From NCBI GenBank assembly GCA_050012475.1, contig JBEKHC010000053.1, positions 1 to 46,163 of the forward strand: a DNA stretch of 46,163 nt, given 5' to 3'. The translations under genes were made by a program, and so were the position numbers. The notes beneath the pieces were generated by a model. That model saw only the letters and a program-made list of their open reading frames with translations, made no database searches and was not told the DNA's origin. Below, piece after piece: positions 18,016-25,831 of the stretch; the stretch's first letter is position 1; every line of letters starts with the position of its first letter. The stretch is from Candidatus Velthaea sp. (GTDB lineage: Bacteria; Vulcanimicrobiota; Vulcanimicrobiia; Vulcanimicrobiales; Vulcanimicrobiaceae).

Positions 18016-19217
18016 AGACGGTCATCATCGGCGGAAGCGCGCAGAGCACACCGGCGCTGTTCGACAGCTTTTGGGCTCTCGAAGCTCCGCGCTTCTCATT
18101 CGAGCTGGTCGGACGTTCGACGAGCCGCGCGTCGGCTGTGGCGCGTGCGGCAAGCCTCGTCGCGGCCGATCGAGGCTACTCGATCGACTGCCGCTATTCG
18201 AGCGCCGAAGCCGCGGACGCGGCCATCGAGAGCGCCGATGTCGTGCTCGTTCAATTCCGGATCGGGGGCTACGCGGCGCGGACCTCCGACGAAACGTTCC
18301 CGCACCGCTATGGACTCTGCGGGGACGAAGGTCTTGGCGCTGGCGGCCTCGCCAACGCGTGGCGCACGTGGGATGAACTGCGCACCACGCTGTCGACGGT
18401 GGCTCGACTCAATCCGCGAGCCGTCGTCATTTTGCTGACTTCGCCAATCGGCATCTTGACGCGCTGCGCGCGCGATTCTTTTCCCGAGTTGCGGCTCTAC
18501 GGAATCTGCGAATTGCCCTGGACGACCCTCAACGACCTCTGCCGCGCGGTTTCCGTCGAGGCTCGCGGGGCATCGTACTCGTACATCGCGGTCAACCACC
18601 TCGGCTGGTTTTCCGACGTGAAAGCCGGCGGCGTCACCGTCGTTCGGGCGCACGACATTCATCCGCTCAAATACGTCCGTCTTCACGACTCCCCGGCCGC
18701 CGTTCTTAGCGAACAGCGCGCGTCGGCGCCGCGGGGCAGCGAGCTTTCGCGGCTGGCATCTGCGGCATTCGCGGCCTACGAATGCGGCTCCGCGGCAGAG
18801 GTCCTTGGCGCGGTCCGGCGGCGCCAAACTCCATGGTACGAGTCCGCGGTCGCTCCGCTGCTGCATTCGCTCGCCGGCGCGGATACGTCGATAACGTATT
18901 TCCTGTCAACGGCAAACGCCGGTTACAACGCGCGCTTTGCCGCGGACGAGATCCTGGAAATGCCGTTCGTTGTCCGCGGCGGCGAGTTCGAGCGACGGCC
19001 GACCTCCACTTGGCAACGCGACGATATTGCCCAAACGCTGAGCCGGTTGGTTGCATACGAACGCGCCGCCGCCGCCGCGGTTCTCGCTCGCGACGTCACG
19101 AAACTGCGGACCGCGTTACGCGCCCATCCTTGGCTGGACGGGATCAGCGTCACCGATCAACTCGTCGCCGACGTCGTTGCCGAAGACGTCGCCGCTTGCG
19201 CGACATCGGAAAGATAG
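18012..19217 (+). CDS. Glycoside hydrolase family 4-like NAD+/metal-dependent enzyme (variant)
   Basis: VIIGGSAQSTP, ADVVLVQFRIGG..AR..DE..P.RYG..GDEGLGAGG, GICELP, VNHLGW; ATGA overlap with the ROK gene. Confidence 0.82.
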   Translation: MKTVIIGGSAQSTPALFDSFWALEAPRFSFELVGRSTSRASAVARAASLVAADRGYSIDCRYSSAEAADAAIESADVVLVQFRIGGYAARTSDETFPHRYGLCGDEGLGAGGLANAWRTWDELRTTLSTVARLNPRAVVILLTSPIGILTRCARDSFPELRLYGICELPWTTLNDLCRAVSVEARGASYSYIAVNHLGWFSDVKAGGVTVVRAHDIHPLKYVRLHDSPAAVLSEQRASAPRGSELSRLASAAFAAYECGSAAEVLGAVRRRQTPWYESAVAPLLHSLAGADTSITYFLSTANAGYNARFAADEILEMPFVVRGGEFERRPTSTWQRDDIAQTLSRLVAYERAAAAAVLARDVTKLRTALRAHPWLDGISVTDQLVADVVAEDVAACATSER

Positions 19218-20197
19218 TAGGTCAGCAAGTCCGCGATCATCCGATCGAGCGAAAATTCCGGTTCAAAACCGCAAGCTCGCAGTTTACCGATGTCGGCGAA
19301 GGCTCGCGCCACGTCGGCAGCTCGCGAATACTGCTCGGCGATCGAAACCTTGCCTTCAAGACCAGCGGCCCGTAAGGTGAGCGTCAGAACGTCGCCGATC
19401 GCGCTTTCGGTGCCGCTCGCAACATTATATGCCTCGCCGGGCACGCCGTGCTGCGAAAGAATCACGAGGGCGTGCGCCACGTCCCGGACGTCGATGAAGT
19501 CGCGCGTTGGCCGCAGGTCACCGATGGTCAATGTCGGCGGCGCGTCGCCGCGCGCAATCGCCGCCGCCTGCGCGGCGAAACGTCCGCAGACGTGCCGCTC
19601 TTCCTGTCCAGGACCGACGATGTTGAATATTCGGGCGACGATCAGCGGAACGTCCGTCCCGCGCAACAAAACACGCGCCGTGAGCTCCGCTGCAAGTTTG
19701 CTCATCGCATACGGCTCGTCGGGCGCGCAACGCTGCTCTTCTGCAATCGGCAGGGAAAGCGGGAGGCCGTAGACGGATCCGCTCGAGCCGAAAATCACGA
19801 GCGGTTTGCGTTCCAGCCTCGCGACGGCGCGGGCGAGCGCCGCCGTTCCCTCGACGTTCGACCGTATCAATACCTCGTTGGGGTCGTCGCGCAGTGCGGC
19901 CGCAAGGTGGATGACGACGTCGGGTGCCGTTCGCGCGACCAGCCGGTCGAGTTCGCTGCGATCGTTGAGGTCGCAGCGAGCGTAGCGGTAGCGGTCGTGG
20001 TCGCCGAATCGCAGTTTGGCCGGCAGCGGCGCCGCAACGTGCCCGTTCTTCCACGTCACTTCATGCGTGAACGCTGCGAACGTTTGCGCGGAACGCCCGG
20101 TGCCGACGACGGTCGCCTGCGGCTGGGTTCGCAAGATCTCGGCGCACACGTAGCGTCCGGTGAATCCTTGCGCGCCGGTGACCAAATAGCGCGTCAT
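19157..20197 (-). CDS. NAD-dependent NDP-sugar epimerase/dehydratase/reductase (Rmd/Gmd-like extended SDR)
   Basis: LVTGAQGFTG, VIHLAA, YAMSK, RIFNIVGPGQ, RDFIDVRDV, YNVASG. Confidence 0.9.
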   Translation of the reverse strand: MTRYLVTGAQGFTGRYVCAEILRTQPQATVVGTGRSAQTFAAFTHEVTWKNGHVAAPLPAKLRFGDHDRYRYARCDLNDRSELDRLVARTAPDVVIHLAAALRDDPNEVLIRSNVEGTAALARAVARLERKPLVIFGSSGSVYGLPLSLPIAEEQRCAPDEPYAMSKLAAELTARVLLRGTDVPLIVARIFNIVGPGQEERHVCGRFAAQAAAIARGDAPPTLTIGDLRPTRDFIDVRDVAHALVILSQHGVPGEAYNVASGTESAIGDVLTLTLRAAGLEGKVSIAEQYSRAADVARAFADIGKLRACGFEPEFSLDRMIADLLTYYLSDVAQAATSSATTSATS

Positions 20198-21126
20198 GCC
20201 GGGCTCGTGTAAGCAGACAGCATCTCGCGCACCCCGGTTTCGAGCGAAATTTGCGGTTCCCAACCGAGCATTTGCGAAGCCAGGCGCCGATCCGCGACTA
20301 AACGCAAGATGTCGGACTGGCCGGGCCGCCGCCCGGCGACATCTTCTTCGAGCGAACGTTCGAGGCCAGCGAGCCGCAATGCGGTTTCGGCGAGCTCGCG
20401 TACGCTGGTTCCGATGCCGGACCCGGCATTGAGCGCAACGGTGCCGCGATGCGGTGTTCGAGCCGCGCCGACGATCGCGCGCGCGACGTCATCGACGTGG
20501 CAGTAATCCCGTTCGGGCCGCAAGTCGGCGAGCCGCAGCGGTCCGGACGAGCCGAGCTGCCGGAGAATCGCCGGCAGCAACGCATGCGCTCCCATCCGCG
20601 GGCCATACACGGAAAACGGCCGTACGATCGCGCTGCACGTCCCATAGGCGTGATCGAAGGCGCGAACCAGCTGCTCGGCGCCGACTTTTGCCGCCGCATA
20701 TGGCGATCGTGCGTCGAGCGGATGCGACTCCTCGACCGGATCCGTGCGCGGCCGGCCGTACACCTCCGCCGATGAAACATAGACGAATTGACCGATACCC
20801 ATGCTGCGGCACGTTTCGAGCACGGCGGCCGTTCCGCCGGTGTGCGCATTGACGTACCCAACCGGATCGTCGAACGACGCCCGGACGGAGGGTGGACCGG
20901 CAAGATGCACGACCGCATCGACGCCCTCGATCAACGGCGCGAGCACCAACGCATCCGATATCGCACCCCACAGCGCGACCGTGACGCCCGCCGGCGCTTC
21001 GAGAACGTCGCCCGGCGGCCCGACGAGCGCATGTATCTCGCAGCCCAGGTTCAGCAGCGTGCGGCAAACGGCAGTGCCGATGAAACCTCCCGCACCCGTG
21101 ACGGCGACCCGTTTGAGTTCAATCAC
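20194..21126 (-). CDS. NAD-dependent NDP-sugar epimerase/dehydratase
   Basis: VTGAGGFIG, SSAEVYG, SPYAAAK, RPFSVYGP, RDYCHVDDV. GTG start overlaps the GT4 stop. Confidence 0.9.
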   Translation of the reverse strand: MIELKRVAVTGAGGFIGTAVCRTLLNLGCEIHALVGPPGDVLEAPAGVTVALWGAISDALVLAPLIEGVDAVVHLAGPPSVRASFDDPVGYVNAHTGGTAAVLETCRSMGIGQFVYVSSAEVYGRPRTDPVEESHPLDARSPYAAAKVGAEQLVRAFDHAYGTCSAIVRPFSVYGPRMGAHALLPAILRQLGSSGPLRLADLRPERDYCHVDDVARAIVGAARTPHRGTVALNAGSGIGTSVRELAETALRLAGLERSLEEDVAGRRPGQSDILRLVADRRLASQMLGWEPQISLETGVREMLSAYTSPA

Positions 21127-22339
21127 GCGAACGGCTCGCAGCGACTTCCGAGAACACGTCTTCCATCCGGCGCGCCAAGTGTTCACGCGTGTAACTCGTC
21201 AAGTAGCGTTCACGAGCAGCATCGCCGAAGGCTCGCGCGACTTCCGGCTGATCCAGCAAGCGATTCAGTCCGCGCGCAACTGCTTGCGCATCGTCGACCG
21301 GTACGACGATTCCCGTTCGGTCGTTGAGGACCAGAGTCGGAATACCGGCGTGCGCCGACGCGACGAGCGGCTTGCCCAGCGACATGCCTTCGAGGATGGC
21401 GTTGGGCAAAGAATCTTGCATCGTCGGATGAGCATGAATGTCGACGGTTTGCCAGACATCGCCGATCTTGCCTTGATACGGCGCGATGATGACGCGATCC
21501 GCGATTCCAAGTTCGCGGGCACGCGTGCGCAGGACGTCGGCATAGCCGGTTCCCCGCCGCTCGAAGCCCACAATGAGAAAGGTGACGTCGGGATGACGCT
21601 CGAGCACCGCGGGGGCCGCTTCAAGCAGCAGATGCTGGCCTTTTCCGGGCGCCAGCGCAGCGATTTGTCCCACCACACGCGTCTGGTCGCGGGGCGCTAA
21701 GCCGAGCTTCGCGCGCACCTCGGCCTCCGAACATTCGGCAACCGGCGGCGGAGGTCCGTTGGGAATGACTCGAACGCGCGCGCGGTGGCTCGGTAGCATC
21801 CAAGAACGCAACACGCCGGCAACCGCGTCGGAGTCGGTCACAACGGCTCGAGAGGCCGCCAGCGTGGTCCGGTGCATCGCGTTCCACAGCCAACGCGGAT
21901 GCCATGTCTCGCTGACGTTGTAGGTCGTCAGCAAACTCGGCACGCCGGTGAGCACGCCGGCAATCGTCCCGGTGAGGTATCCCGCACCGTGATGACCGTC
22001 GATCACATCGATGCGTTCGCGCCGGACGTAACGCGCAATGCGCGCAACGGTTCCCGCCAGCAAACCGACCCGCAACACGTGCCGGCGCGGATCGTTCAGT
22101 GCCAATCCGCGGGTCACTCGCGGGACGCTCAGGTCGACCACGGAAACGCCGGCGCGCTCGAACTCGCCACGCAGGTTCCCGTAGATGCGATCGACGTTGG
22201 CATCGTTGGGGCGGATCGTGGCAACCCGGAAGTCGAACCGTTCGCGGTCGATCGCTTGCACCAACTGCAAGACCCGATTCTCATCGCCGCCAAAGGAGAA
22301 GCCGTCGAGAACCGAGAGAACCCTCAGCTTACGGCTCAA
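21119..22339 (-). CDS. Glycosyltransferase family 4
   Basis: GGDENR, VIPNG, KGQHLLLEA, DSLPNAILEGMSLGKPLVAS. TTG start in a TTGA overlap. Confidence 0.9.
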   Translation of the reverse strand: MSRKLRVLSVLDGFSFGGDENRVLQLVQAIDRERFDFRVATIRPNDANVDRIYGNLRGEFERAGVSVVDLSVPRVTRGLALNDPRRHVLRVGLLAGTVARIARYVRRERIDVIDGHHGAGYLTGTIAGVLTGVPSLLTTYNVSETWHPRWLWNAMHRTTLAASRAVVTDSDAVAGVLRSWMLPSHRARVRVIPNGPPPPVAECSEAEVRAKLGLAPRDQTRVVGQIAALAPGKGQHLLLEAAPAVLERHPDVTFLIVGFERRGTGYADVLRTRARELGIADRVIIAPYQGKIGDVWQTVDIHAHPTMQDSLPNAILEGMSLGKPLVASAHAGIPTLVLNDRTGIVVPVDDAQAVARGLNRLLDQPEVARAFGDAARERYLTSYTREHLARRMEDVFSEVAASRSRD

Positions 22340-23103
22340 GACGCGAACCGGGTGCGGTTGGATCGGATGAGATGTTCCGCTTGTTCGAGCGTCCGGGCAT
22401 CGTTGACGTCGATCCAAAGCTCATCGTGCTCGTACGCCGCAATCGGCAATCCCGCTGCGAGGACCGCAGCGAAGAGATCGGCCGCGCCGAATGGCCGATT
22501 TGGCGGCACGAACGCAGCCGCCTCGGGGCTAACGACGCAGGTGCCGCTCGAGATGCGCACGCGGCGAACCGGTTTTTCGCGGTACGCCCGCACGAAGCCC
22601 GCTTCGATCTCCAGTTCGCCAAATGGATTCTGCAGCGGCCAAAGGTGCGTAGCAATCGTTAACGCGGCCGCCGCTTGACGATGCCTCGTCAGCAGTTCCG
22701 TTGCGGAAATCGATGTCAAGTTATCGACGTAGATCACGAGGGCATCGCTTTCGCCGTCGTTGAGCGCACCGACGACGCCGATGTTCCCTAACGGTTCGTG
22801 CTCGACAAATGTCTGGAGCCGCGCGTCAAGCCGGCTTGCGAGCGCGGCGCCGCGTTCGTGAAGATACGCTTCGATCTCCGGCTCGCAATTCGAGTGGACG
22901 ACGACCACATCGGTGACCCCCACGGCAAACAGCGCAAGTAGGTTGTGTTCGATCAGCGGGAGGCCGGCAACTTCCACGAGCGCCTTGTGTGCCGGGCCGT
23001 GTGTCGCCCGCATCCGCTCCGAGCGCCCTCCCGCCATGATGACACCGCGAACGCGGCGGTTCGCCGGCACTACTGCCTGGTTTGCGGCGGATTGGCTCGA
23101 CAC
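22336..23103 (-). CDS. Sugar-phosphate nucleotidyltransferase
   Basis: GVIMAGGRSERM...KALVEVAG.PLIEH, EPLGNIG, REKP, WIDVN. Confidence 0.88.
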   Translation of the reverse strand: MSSQSAANQAVVPANRRVRGVIMAGGRSERMRATHGPAHKALVEVAGLPLIEHNLLALFAVGVTDVVVVHSNCEPEIEAYLHERGAALASRLDARLQTFVEHEPLGNIGVVGALNDGESDALVIYVDNLTSISATELLTRHRQAAAALTIATHLWPLQNPFGELEIEAGFVRAYREKPVRRVRISSGTCVVSPEAAAFVPPNRPFGAADLFAAVLAAGLPIAAYEHDELWIDVNDARTLEQAEHLIRSNRTRFAS

Positions 23104-23207
23104 AAGAAAAGCGTAGCGACGAGCGGCCGCATCAGGTAGGGGCTTTCGTTATCGTGTTTTGCGACGAAGCTACCCACGAGCAAATGACGGCCGGTCGTCG
23201 GGGGAGC

Positions 23208-24071
23208 TCACGACGCCGTGGGCGCGGACCCAGCGGCGGATGTGCCGCCGTTCGGCGCTAAAAGGCCGAGCACTTTCGGCGCGTCGACGAGCAACACGGG
23301 CTTGAGCGAATGTCGTTCGCAGAAATCGATGAGCGCAAAGCTCAGGTCGGTGTCATCACAAACGATGAGACCCGACGCCGAAAGCCTTGACAAAGCCGTT
23401 TCAAGTTCGAAATCCATCCAACGATAGGTGTGGTCCGAGTCGTGGATCATCAAGTCGATCGCCGGCATCGCGTCCAAATAACTGACGAAGTCTTTTTTCG
23501 GCGCCGATCGCGAGAGAAGCCGCAAATCCCAGCGCGCCCGCTCGGCGGGTTCGATGAGCGTTCCGACGTTGGTTGAAACGTCGATGCTATGGAGCGTGCC
23601 GCCACTTGAATTCCGGCTCAGCGCCTGCAGGATGAAAAACGACGAATGGCCGTTCGCTACGCCCGTTTCGAGGACCGTTTTCGGAGACATCGTTCGGACA
23701 AGCGCGTAAAGAACGAACGCGGAGCCTGAGCCGAACGCCCAAGGCCGGGGATAATCGAGACGCCGATCGGCGTATCGGCGGGATAACTCGGCATTGTGCT
23801 CGTCGTACTCCTGCCGCAGCAGCGCGATCTCGGCTTCGTCCACGCCGAACTGACCCCGGAGCAGTTGCTCGGGGTTGTCGTAAACGGTTTGCGCGGCAGC
23901 GCACAGTGTTTGAAACGACGGCATGTCGGTCTTGCGAAATCCGCGGCTGAGCGTCTTCATGGCGATCTTACAGAGGACACGTTCAAACGTGTCGCGCACG
24001 CCCCAGTCGCGAACCGATTCGCTCACCTGTCCCGTGAGGCCGGTTAGCAAGCCCAATCGAGCATCCTCCAC
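23208..24071 (-). CDS. Class I SAM-dependent methyltransferase (Methyltransf_24-like)
   Basis: VLETGVANGHSS, LHSIDV, IDLMIHDSDHTY, GLIVCDD. Start uncertain. Confidence 0.85.
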   Translation of the reverse strand: MEDARLGLLTGLTGQVSESVRDWGVRDTFERVLCKIAMKTLSRGFRKTDMPSFQTLCAAAQTVYDNPEQLLRGQFGVDEAEIALLRQEYDEHNAELSRRYADRRLDYPRPWAFGSGSAFVLYALVRTMSPKTVLETGVANGHSSFFILQALSRNSSGGTLHSIDVSTNVGTLIEPAERARWDLRLLSRSAPKKDFVSYLDAMPAIDLMIHDSDHTYRWMDFELETALSRLSASGLIVCDDTDLSFALIDFCERHSLKPVLLVDAPKVLGLLAPNGGTSAAGSAPTAS

Positions 24072-24402
24072 ACCTCACCCCCGGCCGTTGTCACGCGATT
24101 CACAGCGCCGTGCGCTTTGCGCCTTCGAACGGTTTGCGAAAAAAGCGAAAATGCCCCGGAGCGTCGCCGCTGCATCGAATTCAGGCTTCGGTCCGTCCAT
24201 ATTGCACGCCTCCCGGAGCGCAGGCGACAATCGGTTGCAGCGGTGTTCCGTATGTTTATTGACAACGAACGTTGACGTGCGGCCCGCTCACGTTCACATG
24301 GCTTCGTTGAAGTATCCCGGTTCATAAATAGGTGACACAAAGCGGACCGGATCTTCGTTTGCGGCAAGGCGCGAAGAGGTCACTCTTTTAAAAAACCGGG
24401 AC

Positions 24403-25692
24403 CTACTCGCGGTGATCGGATGCTTTTCCGCCGGCGCCGCCGCGGGTGTGTTTCGCATCGTCTTTCTGCGGAAGGGCAGCCGTGCCGCGCTGATTGAGTT
24501 CGATGGTCTCCCAGTCGTCTAGGGTCGTGTGATTCAGACACGAACTATACGTAAAACGCGGACCCGGGTTCGCGCCTTCGCCCGCTGCGGCCAGCGCCGG
24601 TTCGATCGTCGTGTACCAAGGGTTTGGGAAATTTCCATATTCGTACGTTTCGACATCGGGATTCTCGGTCTGGATCGCCGCACCATAACCGGGGCCGACA
24701 TCAACGACGTAGGCGCCGTACGTTTGCAGCGCGTGGAGGACGGCCTGACAATACACGCTACCCCCGCGAGTTGCAAGATCCACATTGGGCTTGATCGCCA
24801 AAAGATCTCCGTAGATCAAGTTTGGCTCTTGGCCCGACGGGCATGAATTGTCGGACTTGCGCTTGTAACTGGGATAGACGCCACGTTTTTCGCTGTTTTC
24901 CGGCGGGTCGATACACGAAACTCCCATCCCCAGCGCGTGCGAAATCGGCGTGCCCGAAGCCGCGTTGAGCAGGTCTTGGGCGGTCAGCTCGAAGATGCCT
25001 AAAGCGTAACTCGCTGCGGTGCTGTTGCTGTAGACGTCGGACCCGTCGACGCCCAGCCCGCTGCTGTTCAACGCGAACGAACCTCCCCAGGCGCAGTTCA
25101 GCGTTCCGGGCTTACCGCCAGTAAGCACGCATTGCGCCGGTCCGGTGAAGTTGCTGTTGTTGAAGCCGCCCCAACCATCTATTTCAGCGCCGAGAGCGAC
25201 GTCGACCGTTGCAAGATGCTTGTCGGTGTTCCGGTCTTGGGGCACTGCACCGGCCGGAACGTGCGCGATTTTTCCTCCGGCGTTGCAATCCACGCCGGCA
25301 CCCTTGTATGCCGCGGCCGAACACGCAACCTTATAGGCAGGGTCGCCGGGGCGCCCGATATAGACGGGCGGCGATTGATTCGGCTCGTTCACGTCCTTGA
25401 TGCCCGCAGCCCACCAATTCGCCGTTATCGCGGCAGGCATGATTCGCGCGCCGGCGCGCAGCAACGCCGTGACGCGATGGTGGAACGGGGTGTTGCCGGT
25501 AAAGAGCGCGCTCGGAAGCGGAAACGTGGGACTCGACGCCGGCGCGGGGGCATTCGCGCGAGCGACGAGCCGACCCGCCGTCGCGGCCGCGGCAGCATGG
25601 CGTTGAGCAGCCCACGCGAACGCTTCCCCGGACCTCGACGCCGATGCGGTACACCAGACGGCGACGATGATGAGAAGCCTCTGCAGCAGCAT
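24403..25692 (-). CDS. Secreted protein consisting of the uncharacterised domain only (no malectin)
   Basis: Signal-peptide-like N-terminus MLLQRLLIIVAVWC. Collinear similarity to the C-terminal half of 25832-28138 (FPLPSA.F.GNTPFHH, TAQDLLNAA, HALGMGV.C, QTYGAY). Confidence 0.8.
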   Translation of the reverse strand: MLLQRLLIIVAVWCTASASRSGEAFAWAAQRHAAAAATAGRLVARANAPAPASSPTFPLPSALFTGNTPFHHRVTALLRAGARIMPAAITANWWAAGIKDVNEPNQSPPVYIGRPGDPAYKVACSAAAYKGAGVDCNAGGKIAHVPAGAVPQDRNTDKHLATVDVALGAEIDGWGGFNNSNFTGPAQCVLTGGKPGTLNCAWGGSFALNSSGLGVDGSDVYSNSTAASYALGIFELTAQDLLNAASGTPISHALGMGVSCIDPPENSEKRGVYPSYKRKSDNSCPSGQEPNLIYGDLLAIKPNVDLATRGGSVYCQAVLHALQTYGAYVVDVGPGYGAAIQTENPDVETYEYGNFPNPWYTTIEPALAAAGEGANPGPRFTYSSCLNHTTLDDWETIELNQRGTAALPQKDDAKHTRGGAGGKASDHRE

Positions 25693-25831
25693 GCCTCGAT
25701 GCTTGCGGGGCTCGTGCTCAGGTCCTTCCGCTCGCGAGAGCGGAGCTGCCGCAGAACGACAAAGGACGCGCATCTCTGCGCGTCCTTTGACCTGCGTTCT
25801 GCCCGAACGCTCCTGAAGCCCCGGTTCTGTT

